A stretch of 63,786 nt of DNA, filler included, from Reticulomyxa filosa (taxonomy: Eukaryota > Protista > Foraminifera), in NCBI GenBank assembly GCA_000512085.1. It is 13 parts of 13 records of this genome, joined end to end, with 100 filler letters (N's around TTAATTAATTAA, not from the genome) between each part and the next. Parts side by side here need not be neighbours in the genome. Positions count along the whole stretch, not along the records: positions 1 to 27,739 come from ASPP01036605.1; positions 27,840 to 30,242 come from ASPP01020177.1; positions 30,343 to 32,738 come from ASPP01038388.1; positions 32,839 to 35,350 come from ASPP01022509.1; positions 35,451 to 38,041 come from ASPP01024890.1; 8 more parts are not named here. One strand, written 5' to 3'. Below the pieces are notes generated by a model that made no database searches, had not been told where the DNA came from, and saw nothing but the letters and a program-made list of their open reading frames with translations. Below, one piece after another: positions 26,031 to 36,239 of the stretch (the stretch's first letter is position 1; every line of letters begins with the position of its first letter). A program made the translations under genes and the position numbers.

Positions 26031-27066
26031 AAACTTGTTTACGTGAATAGGGCTTTAAGCCAAATGAAAAGCTTTTTTTCCTTCTCGCTTCTCCTTTCGT
26101 AACGTGTTCACCAGGTAGAGAAACAAACAGCATGTTTTAAGAAACTTACAATGTAATATTTTGAAATCCTTTATTTGTGGTGAAGAAGTAATCCTTTCAG
26201 GGTTGGAATAAACACTGACAAGTTTATCTAACAAAAACAAGGACAATAAAATAAACCCATTCATTGTGAAACAATCAACAGACAAAAAAAAGATCAAAAC
26301 ACTGTGCTAGAAATTGATCCAAAAATATCTTCATCGCATAAGATAAAACAGAGCAACCAAAAAAGCTACAGCACAATAGAAATCAACGCAAAACAAAAAT
26401 AATATTTTAAAAAAAACAAGCAAACATAGAGAAATAAATACACGTTTGGGTTTACCCTTTTGCAATGCTATTGTTATGAGTTGTAATATAAAGTAAAAAA
26501 AAATACCAAATCTGGAGCAACAATTCCCTTTCCCGAAAACATTTGAAAAAATAAAACAATAGCAAAATGGATGGAAGAAAAAAAAAACACAAGGCAGATG
26601 AATTGTCTTTTAACATCATCATGCTACTACTGCATAACAAAGGAAAAAAAACAAGACGTATGTGTTTACAGTTGTCATTTTTTATCTGTAGTTTATTGTG
26701 TCTGATTTTTAATTTATATTTAAAGTGTTTTAAGTATTTACAAATTACTCACACAATAAAATACTAAAAATACAGTAAATCCGACTTTTTTTTATAAAAA
26801 AAAAAATAATAAAAATAAAATAAAAATAAATAAAAATTTCAGACATTGCAGTGCTTAGGCTTTGTTCCCTCTTCTCCTTTTTTTTTTTACCTTCAAACTT
26901 TTCTTTTTTTTTTTGTACTCTTTTTAATGTTTTGAAATGAGAAGATAAAAAAAAAGATAAAACACGAATAAATTAATAAAAAAAAAAAGAAGAGGAAAAT
27001 AAATAAATAAAAGTCTAGTACTTTCTTTTTTTTTCCGACAGATGAATCGAAATTGAAAATGCTTGC

Positions 27067-27650
27067 TTATGGTTTTTTGCACCACCTCTTAACCAATCTT
27101 GTTTGAATGGTGATGTGACGAGAATCGTCTTCTACGTGCGGGAGTGGTTGCTGTTCGTCTTTGGGCAGAGAAAAGTGAGGAGATGTAAACCACGGATGTT
27201 TCATTGCACGCTTTGCAGAAGGCCTTGCACCGGGATTCAATTGCAACAGCGAACACACAAAATGTCTTGTCAAAAATGAAATCGCAACATCGTCGGGGAA
27301 ACACCACTGTCCTTTTTCAATACTACTTCGCAGTAACGCTTCATTGGGTCCATGAAAACAACGTTGTCCAGATAACAATTCAAATGCGAGGACCTTATTT
27401 TTTAATGTTAATTTTATTTTCTTTTGTTTATTTGTTAAAAATAATTTATAAAGTAACACATTTTTTTTTTACTTCTTAACTCCAACCGCTACCAAATAAT
27501 ATTTCAATAGTATACGTTCATTTCCATAATACGCCAAAAGATTAAGAACAACAACACAGCACCAAAGTATTACAAACACGAACAAAGTGAAGTAAAATAG
27601 ATAAATGACAAAAAAAAAAATTGTCCATACTTAACCCCAAATATCCGAAG
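27067..27650 (-). CDS. C-terminal part of a CAMK-like Ser/Thr kinase, 5'-truncated by the contig end; includes 15-nt and 8-nt microexons
   Basis: SDIW|AVG|VLAFELLSG...F, LLQLNPGARPSAKRAMKHPW (subdomains IX-XI). Confidence 0.75.
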
Positions 27651-27739
27651 CTGTATTACGTAGAGATTTGATTTATTGAATGGCAACGTTATGATTTATT
27701 TGTGTCGCGTATATGTACGAATGTGTTCCAACATGAACA

Positions 27740-27839
27740 NNNNNNNNNNNNNNNNNNNNNNNNNNNNNNNNNNNNNNNNNNNNTTAATTAATTAANNNNN
27801 NNNNNNNNNNNNNNNNNNNNNNNNNNNNNNNNNNNNNNN
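27740..27839. other. Artificial contig-joining spacer (44 N + TTAATTAATTAA + 44 N)
   Basis: The same 100-nt spacer recurs at 30243-30342, 32739-32838, 35351-35450, 38042-38141, 40892-40991, 45110-45209, 46334-46433, 48406-48505, 51500-51599, 59917-60016 and 61641-61740. The 12-mer places stop codons in all six frames. Confidence 0.98.
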
Positions 27840-28744
27840 TCCTTCAGCTGCTTATTATGCGCAATCATATTCTGCAATTCATTCTCCGATTGTTCCAAGT
27901 CTCGTTCCAACTCCTCAAAATCTTCGCGCGACGACTTTTGCTTCAGCTCCACCAACTCCTCCTGCGTCGTTGTACACAACTGATTCAGACGATCGTTCTC
28001 CGTCTTCAATCCCTTAATCATCTCCTCCTTATTCTGCAACGTCGTCTTCCATTCGCGCTTCTCTTGACGCAATGTCGCAATTTCATCCGCATAGTGCTGA
28101 ATGTCCTTATTAAAATCCTCGTCTGATAAACGCTTATCTCCCAAACCTAATGACGCACGCAACTTCACGTGACTCAACTCGTCCGATCCTTGCTCGTCTT
28201 CTTTGCCGTGTCCACGCATCTCTGACAACTCCTGCTCGATTGTCTCGCGCTCGGTTCGCTCTGTTTCCATTTGCTCTTTGCTCAATTTCAACTCTGTCTT
28301 CAAGTCGTTAATCGATTGGATAAACTGCGCACGCTCCTTATGAAAGTCTCTTTGGATCTGCTCGATCTTATTCTTATATTCCATCTCTCGATCTGTTTCC
28401 ATACGCTTCGACTCGTTCAGCGATTGCGAACTCGAGTCATCTCCATCGTTCCCTTTTTTTGAACGGTCATCTCCTCCACTGTTACTACTACTACTACTAC
28501 TACTACTACCGCCTCCGCTTGTCGACTTTGTCACCTCCTTCTCTGGTCTCGAACCTATCTCTTCCTTTGACGACTTTGTACTACCGCTCTCGCTATCCTT
28601 ATCCTTCTTCGACGAACGGCTACTGCTTCCACCTTGATCACCCTTCCTCTTTGGATCATTCTTTGACGCCGGGGTCCTTGTCTTCTTTTCACTACCCTTT
28701 GGCGTCTCCTTTGGCTTCTTTTGGGTTGACATATTACCAAACAA
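27840..28744 (-). CDS. Partial coiled-coil protein with Ser/Lys/Gly low-complexity N-terminal region (runs off the contig; upstream exons unresolved)
   Basis: Open frame of about 300 codons with E/K/Q heptad-like composition and an (AGT)n poly-Ser tract near 28484-28508. Confidence 0.7.
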
Positions 28745-30205
28745 AATTTTGCTTGATTATGACACCCCTTTTTTTTTTTTCCTGTTAAAAAAAAAAAAAA
28801 AAAAAAAAAAACGTGCAAAACTACTAACAGTAATACTATCAATTCTTTTCCTTCCTGTCTATTCCCTCTTTACATCGTTTTGGTATGTTACAACGTGCTA
28901 ACCCTGCATATATAGGTCGTAACATCATGATAATACTTTTAACTTGTCATCATTCTGTTTGTCCAGACTTAAATCTTCAATTCAAGATTTCCTTTTCTAC
29001 ATTATTCGTTTTTTACGTTTTTATTTCTCATTTTTTTTCAAGTACTTTCAAACTTACAAGTGACTCGCTTGCCTTTTTTTTAACCTACAAAAGAAACGAA
29101 AAATCTTTGTTTTGCTCTATTTCTGCAAACAAATTTTGTGGGCAATTTTTGTAAAATGTTTCTCTTTTTTTCACTTTTTGTTTGTACTCAATCATTAAGA
29201 TCGAAGTTGCATTTTAGACTGTTTTTTTTCCGTTGAAACTAACTAAACACAAGACTAATTTAAATGTACGCCAAGTCTTTGCAACGTGTATAGCAACGAA
29301 AGTAAGTACACAAACAATGTGAAAAAGAGAGACGATCAACTAAATGAGATTCAAAATACGAAAACCAGTGTTGTTGTATCTGAACTTGAAAAACAATACT
29401 ATATACGTCAAGGCGAGTCTATAATAACTTATGTACATGTATATATCCAAAACGCGTTTAATCTTATTTCAATATAAAAATTTATAATTTCAAAAAAGTG
29501 TACAGGCAGTGGTGGGCAATCTTTGTGTGTTTATTAATAAATTTCATTAAAGTTTTATAACGTAGTCTTGGTTTTAGCGAGTTGTATATTAAAAAAAAAT
29601 TTTTGCATAATAAAAAATTGTAATAAACACCTATTTCAAGTCGGGTCACTTATATTCAGACTGTTGTTCCCAAACAAAAATATAAAAGCTAAAAACACAG
29701 TCATTTAATATTGTTCGCCTTCAAACCAATTCAAAATGAGAAAGCTTGTAATTTTGTATTATTTGGTTGCATATCTGTCAGAATTTAAGCAAGACAGTGG
29801 GAAGAAAGGCAAGCCAAGCGACTAGAAAAAAAAAATGAGTTGTTAGTAGTTGGTTTTTTTTTGGGTACTGGACTGAAACGCCAAAGGACGAGGAGAAACG
29901 ACCTCAAAGCCGTCCCTTTTTCCATTTTCAAAAGCAAAAAGAAATATATTTTTTGAAAAGCGCGTGTAATCGAGTTACTCATTTGTTGAATTGAATTTGT
30001 TTGGTAACTTTGTGAATTAACTCAGGGACCTAGTGTTATCACTTGGAAAGTGCGTACCTGTTTTTGTGAAGCAATACAATGCAGCCTCAAATAAATCATC
30101 AAAGTTTGGCATTAGTAATATTTCCATGAAAAACAAGCAGAGAAATGACTAAAAGACACACATACACAAACATAAGCACGACGATGTCAATTTTTTTTTT
30201 TCGTA

Positions 30206-30242
<37 letters not shown>

Positions 30243-30342
30243 NNNNNNNNNNNNNNNNNNNNNNNNNNNNNNNNNNNNNNNNNNNNTTAATTAATTAANN
30301 NNNNNNNNNNNNNNNNNNNNNNNNNNNNNNNNNNNNNNNNNN

Positions 30343-30479
30343 AATGTTTCTTTCTTTACACCGGTTAAACGGCGAAATTGGTCTGAATTTTACCCTTTGA
30401 TAGCTTCGTATTTCATAACTTCCTATTTTAGTTACTAAATACTTTTTAATCTATTTCTTTTAGTTTCGAAAGAAGTCTA
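30343..30479 (-). mobile_element. Left end of an IS5-family (ISL2-group-like) insertion sequence, truncated by the contig end
   Basis: Terminus TAGACTTCTTTCGAAACT, RBS AGGAAG, ATG at 30416. Reads MKYEAIKG*NSDQFRRLTGVKKET; FRRLTGV is typical of this transposase N-terminus. Exact inverted copy at 32606-32738. Confidence 0.85.
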
Positions 30480-30617
30480 ATAAATCTTTCTCAATACAAC
30501 GAGATCAGCAATATAGCGTTCGGTATTATTGGCAACCAGCTTCTTCACTACTTCAGGAAAGGTGATTTTTCCTGCAAGTGAAAGTTCCATAGTTTCGCTT
30601 AATATATTCTTATCCAT
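30477..30617 (-). pseudogene. DUF1398 (YbcV-like) family gene truncated by the IS insertion
   Basis: MDKNILSETMELSLAGKITFPEVVKKLVANNTERYIADLVVLRKIY, then a TAG created at the IS junction. Lies directly downstream of marR in operon-like spacing. Confidence 0.7.
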
Positions 30618-30628
30618 AAATTTACTCT

Positions 30629-31082
30629 TTATTCTAGGCGGTCTTTACCGCGGGTTGATAAATTCCAACCATTTGCGTTCAATAGCTTTTGGATGGTTAT
30701 TTGCAATTCGTGTTTTTCTTTGGTTGTTAAGGACTTAAAGAAAGCCTCATCGTTTTCATCAGCTAATTTAGCATTCAAACCCTTTCGGTTCCAACATGCT
30801 ATTGATCGTCGATCCTTGCCATTAGAACGTACTACCAACTCTTTATGTACAAGACGTCTCTACCATGCGCGATAAAGAGCTATTATCTACCCCGATTGCT
30901 TGAGCTGCATTATTAAGGTTTAATGACTCATTATCATATAAAACTCGTAATACAACCCATTGAGCAACAGAGATATCATATGCTTCGAGCTTAGCTGCAA
31001 AGCTATGATGAACGTAATTAGATAGACAACGTAGCCAATAGCCAAGATGGTCTTCTAAATTGCTTATTTGTATCTTAGTCAT
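30629..31082 (-). pseudogene. marR: Bacterial MarR-family transcriptional regulator, frameshifted near 30857
   Basis: LEDHLGYWLRCLSNYVHHSFAAKL...ISVAQWVVLRVLY...IGVDNSSLSRMVE, then after a +1 shift RLVHKELVVR...DRRS...ADENDEAFF. Confidence 0.85.
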
Positions 31083-31111
31083 AAAAAACGCAATTTACAT
31101 TTACAAATAAT

Positions 31112-31140
31112 ATAATAATTGCATACGCAACAGTTGGCAA
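31112..31140 (-). promoter_or_regulatory. Sigma70-type promoter for marR with an overlapping palindromic operator
   Basis: Minus strand reads TTGCCA-17 nt-TATTAT. The spacer contains TTGCGTATGCAA (TTGC-N4-GCAA, 31119-31130), as expected for MarR autoregulation. Confidence 0.65.
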
Positions 31141-31186
31141 TACAAATATATTTGGTTTCTTTAATATATTAAGAATAAATGAGCTA

Positions 31187-31293
31187 TGTACGGATAGCAC
31201 CCGTACATCTGAAATATAGACATATAGGGGTTTTAGAGCCACCTTCCGTACAACGTCCGTACAAATCTAGATTTCATATCCGTACAATGTACA
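31187..31293. repeat. Cluster of CCGTACA heptamers (four direct, one inverted)
   Basis: TGTACGG at 31187; CCGTACA at 31201, 31246, 31257 and 31280; TGTACA at 31288. Confidence 0.75.
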
Positions 31294-31504
31294 GAAGGGT
31301 TGTAAGCCTTATATGGCCTAGCTTAGAACCCTTGCATTGCATAATGCATATGGTGTGATCAAATTTTTGTTAGAAAATTTGCCTATACTCAGCTTTGCCG
31401 TTATTGTGAATATGCCTATTGACATTAGGTATTATTAAATATGAAAGAGATTAATGGTTATCCAGCTAAAATGGCGTTTGAATTTTTTATTCAATAATTA
31501 ACAT

Positions 31505-32605
31505 TTATCGTTTATCTATTTTGCCTGATGCAAACTTTTGTAAAATAGTTGCGCTTGGATGGTTTGCGATAGAAATTAATTTATTTGCTAATGTGACGGG
31601 TAATAGTGCGTTATCGTACATATCACATTTTAGATAAGAAAGAAGAGTTAATATTTCATGAATGTTATTGACATCAGAAACTTGGTATTTATTATTTAAT
31701 TCTGGAATAGGTAGAGTGGCGACATAAACTCTTCCCTCTTGAGATTTGAATATTATTTTAACGCCATAGTATGTAGTATTTCCAAAAGCTTCATTATCAT
31801 CTTTTCTTCTAGGAAGTATATGTTTATATATATTCATTATCCAAAATTAAAAACTTTCCTGGTTTAAGTAATTTATCTATTTGTTTTGCATGTTCGACAA
31901 AAGATCCACTTTTTTCTAATCCAACAGCCAAAAAGGAATAATTAGTTTGTAATACTTAACAAGGTTTTGCATAGGCTTATGCATATTAGCGGTTTGTCCA
32001 AAAAATGCTAAGGGTCCATCCTTAATAAATAAAATACTTTTCATTTCTTCTGGTACGCTTGATAATATTGCCTTTATACAAGCAATCATTACAAACTGTT
32101 TTAATGCAGTTGATAAATATTCAAGAGCAGCTGAGGCACCAGCAACTTCATCGATTATTTCATGTAATCTTAATGTATCGCTTATATAAATATCTTTATT
32201 ACATTCAGGACATATAAATATATAATCCTTTGTCATTTTAGAGCGATCTAATTGTATATTAGGCCTCCTGCAATGAGGACAAGAAGCAAGATTCCATGTA
32301 GTATTTGCAATTTTATTATATTCTTGAAAAATAAACCAGCTAAAGGTTTCTAAACCATTTAATAATTCATTTTTTAAAAAATGATATAGTGCATATCTAA
32401 ATGAATTTAAAAAAGTTGAATGCTTATCTAGGATAATAGTTTTAGATGGTATATATGCTTTAATACGTTCAATATTCTTTAATTTTGCTATGTCATCAGG
32501 AGAAATAAAAGACTCAGAATCTATTTGTTTTAGATCATTTATACTAAAATAAAGTGCACCAATTTGTATAAATGCAAAAGTAGCTGAAGGAAATTCTTTT
32601 CTTAT
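31505..32605 (-). pseudogene. nurA: Bacterial NurA-like nuclease with a zinc-ribbon insert; 5'-truncated by the IS, two frameshifts
   Basis: Reconstructed: IRKEFPSATFAFIQIGAL...CPHC...CPEC...ILFIKDGPLAFFGQTANMH...[shift ~31951]...VGLEKSGSFVEHA...[shift ~31830]...TTYYGVKIIFKS...CDMYDNALLPVTLANKLISI. The DGPL and GxxK motifs are NurA-type. Confidence 0.78.
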
Positions 32606-32738
32606 TAGACTTCTTTCGAAACTAAAAGAAATAGATTAAAAAGTATTTAGTAACTAAAATAGGAAGTTATGAAATACGAAGCTATCAAAGGGTAAAATTC
32701 AGACCAATTTCGCCGTTTAACCGGTGTAAAGAAAGAAA
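32606..32738 (+). mobile_element. Second copy of the same IS5-family left end, in the opposite orientation
   Basis: Reverse complement of the 30347-30479 segment. ATG at 32669, in-frame TAA at 32693-32695. Confidence 0.85.
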
Positions 32739-35450
32739 NNNNNNNNNNNNNNNNNNNNNNNNNNNNNNNNNNNNNNNNNNNNTTAATTAATTAANNNNNN
32801 NNNNNNNNNNNNNNNNNNNNNNNNNNNNNNNNNNNNNNTATTTAATTGCATGTACGCCAATATCTTTGTAATGCGACTTATGTTAAATCCACGTTGATTC
32901 TTGTACGATGTGATAATCAGATTATAGAATGAACTGAACAGTCAATGCATAATTTAGATAGCCAAATGATATGTTCAATTTCTGCAAATTCTTTTTAAAG
33001 TTTGATACATTCTGTTAATCTATGCATCTATTTATTCATATGTATAAATATAAATGCTGTATAAATACTATGTATTATGTGTTTGTCCCCAAATGAAATA
33101 AAAAACAAAATATAGTTTGTACCATCAAATCCAAGAAATTGATATTACTTGCAACAATTGCACAATTCAAACAGTATTTGAATAAAACGATACATTTGAT
33201 ATTTTAAAAAATACCGAAATATCCACATGAACTCCAAAATGTACATAAGAAATTAGCATGCTTTTGTTTTCAATCAAGTCTTTGCATAACGAATGGCAGA
33301 TTGAGTCATATGTGGAAACGTAGTCACATCTGACAATATCAACATTCCAATCCGATGTGTATCGATTTGGAGTAAGATGCAGACATTGAGTATTGAGCTG
33401 AATATTGTAAATGCGAATATAAACGACATATTTGAGATATAATCGTTGTATATAATAACCAAATTTGTGCCGACAATATCAGGAACGCATGCACAAACGA
33501 TACGCTCATGGAAAGATAACAAAAATTAACTTTGTGATTTTTTTTCTTTTGTTAATTGTTCAGTTTCGTATCTATGTGTACATATACGTATTTGTATATG
33601 AATGTATACATTTGTACATATATTATCCAACATAAATATATATGTTTGTTTTCACATTAAAAAAAAGATTTAATCCACACCGTTGTGTAGCGTGAAAGGA
33701 TAATACATGTTGCTGTTCACTATATGGTCAAGTATCAGTGCGACAATGTATTAAAAGTGATATGGACGAAAATTGTTAATGCGACATTTGAAAGACATTG
33801 AATAGATAACCCATAATTTGTCTTTGGCACTGATTACTATAATGGTCGAAAAGGATGTCGACAAATATAAATTATATACTATAACCAATATTAATGTAAT
33901 GTGAATATGTGATATTGCATTGTCAATGATATCAATAACAGTATGTATAATAAATGATATAATACAATAATCGGCGATTTGTACCAAATGAACACGACTG
34001 AAACGGTAAAAATCAATTGTCAATCTTTTATTTTTATATAACCTATTAATATTGACATATCACAAGCATACATATAGATATCGAATGTTTGTATGTGGTA
34101 CATAAATACATATGCATATATTGTAAATACCGTCGTGAATGTAGTTTATATTATATTCGCCGAATATTCACCATCATTTTCACGCATGACATCATTGACA
34201 TTAAGTCAATATAAATACCAATGTGAATATCAATACAACGAAGATAATGATGTGATTAAACCACGATAAATACAACATTCGATATCGGATAGCAGAATAA
34301 AAGGTCACACAATGGACAATGAGGAACATCGATACGAATCGTAATAAATTGCAACAGCAGTATGATACACGAACATTGTTCTTCGCATTTCTGACTTTTA
34401 TATCATATTACTCTGTTGTCGACTTTGTCTATTCACACATGCACATATGCACTCGTTCATATACATGCTTAATACAAACATACGTCTTTGACAAATATAC
34501 AAAAAGATAGCATACCCTCGTTACAAGAAAAAAAAGAGATGGTATTCTGCTAGTCCAATATCGAATTTACTTTGATAAAATGGAGTCCAATACCAAATTA
34601 TAACCACAACCAACAAATGCTACGACATCGTCAAATCTTATCTGATTCTATGCACCATTTGCCTTGGATTGAAGAAAGTGAATTGAATATATCAAACCAG
34701 ATTGGATTAAAAAATATAATAAATCGATTGGATTAATGGAGCGAATCGGACTGTACTCAGGATAAATCGAATGATATTTTATTTAAGGATGAGCAGGATC
34801 GCGTGGATATTTTTTGAATAGTTATTTTATTTTATTTTATTCTTTGGACATAGGACTAATATAGCAAAAGAGTGGGTAAAGAGCAAGAAGACAGGAATAC
34901 CTTGCCTGTTACAAAACACACAGTAGTATCAGTTTGTTATATTTTCCACTAACAACATGATACAAACAATAACAAAGAGATATACTTAAATTTTCAGACT
35001 CCAAACTCTTTGTCTCGATTTCTTGTCTCTTTCTTTCCTTTTTGACGCGATCTTGCTCGCTTTCATATCACATAAATAGACAAATACAAACAACACACAT
35101 GCAACTTGCACTGTTAGTTGATTTGTTTTAATTTGTTTTTGTTACATAGAAAAAAAAAGAAAGAGCCAGAAAAGATATATATGTGTATATGGGTATATCG
35201 ACTCAAATGGTTTCTCGAAAGACTCTGCGCCTTTGGCAAAGTATTCCTGTTCTCTTTCTCTTCCACTCTCTTTGCTCTTTTTTTTTTAATATTCCATGTC
35301 CTAATATTGTTATATTATTAATAATTTGTTTATATTAATAAAAAAAAAAANNNNNNNNNNNNNNNNNNNNNNNNNNNNNNNNNNNNNNNNNNNNTTAATT
35401 AATTAANNNNNNNNNNNNNNNNNNNNNNNNNNNNNNNNNNNNNNNNNNNN

Positions 35451-36239
35451 ACAACAAATGAAGCTACAACAAATGAAACTCCGACAAATGAAGCTGAAGT
35501 AACTGAGGCTGCAACAGCGGCTAAAAAAAGTCACTCGCATTTCCATCATAAGCATGCCCATGCAGTAAAAAGTGTAAGCGATGCAAGCCCAACCGAAGAG
35601 CACGCTCATCACCATGGCCACGGTCATGCTCATGGTGATCATGGCCACGGCCATAACCATGACCATAACCATAAGCCTAGCCATGATCAAGGTGCAGATC
35701 ATCATCACGATCATGACCACGGAATTGAAGTTCTTGAAATTCTTCAAACCTCGTCTTCTTTTGTTAGTGCAATGATATTGCTATTGGGCTTGTCTTTGCA
35801 CAACTTTTTGGAATCATTGTCACTGGGAGCGTCAAATGAGTATAAAACTTTGGTTGCTATTTCCGCTGCTATTTGTGCTCATCATTACCTAGCTTCATTT
35901 TCGTTAGGATGTGCCGTTCTGAAAGCCAAAAAATCATTGCGCTTTACTTGGGGGTTAGCTTTAGTTTATGGATTAACTGAACCGATTGGGATCGGTATTG
36001 GCATGGCAGTAAAGAGTGTCTCTGAATCCTGGGTGTCAGCGATGCTGGTTTGTTTTGCTGCTGGAACTTTCTTGTTTGTCTCCATTGTTGAGGTGATGGT
36101 CCCTGCATTTGAGAAAGAGCACACTCATCTTGAAAGTCCCAAGTATTCGCCAAAAGAAGAAATTAAACATGAATTGACCAAAATTGCGTGTGTCTTTTAT
36201 GGCTTTGGTCTCATGTCCTTGTTAGCAGTTTGGGCCTAA
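35451..36239 (+). CDS. ZIP (SLC39) family zinc/iron transporter, 5'-partial, with a very His-rich loop
   Basis: Open frame from the contig start through HAHHHGHGHAHGDHGHGHNHDHNH, TM4 LSLHNFLESLSLG, TM5 AICAHHYLAS, PIGIGIG, AAGTFLFVSIVEV, and terminal LMSLLAVWA. Confidence 0.92.
   Translation, partial: TTNEATTNETPTNEAEVTEAATAAKKSHSHFHHKHAHAVKSVSDASPTEEHAHHHGHGHAHGDHGHGHNHDHNHKPSHDQGADHHHDHDHGIEVLEILQTSSSFVSAMILLLGLSLHNFLESLSLGASNEYKTLVAISAAICAHHYLASFSLGCAVLKAKKSLRFTWGLALVYGLTEPIGIGIGMAVKSVSESWVSAMLVCFAAGTFLFVSIVEVMVPAFEKEHTHLESPKYSPKEEIKHELTKIACVFYGFGLMSLLAVWA

Noticed and set aside
31187-31293. CCGTACA repeats as a CRISPR array
   Set aside because: The repeat unit is only 7 bp with irregular spacing, and there are no cas genes.
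32839-35350. Long ORF-poor contig (also 45210-48405 and 61741-63786) considered for an alternative genetic code or hidden genes
   Set aside because: No recognisable motifs in the segments I translated, and neighbouring genes use TAA, TAG and TGA as normal stops. Probably degenerate pseudogene or repeat DNA; unresolved without homology searches.
35403-35775. Met/Val-rich and Met/Thr-rich ORFs
   Set aside because: Shadow frames of the His-rich loop of the ZIP transporter.
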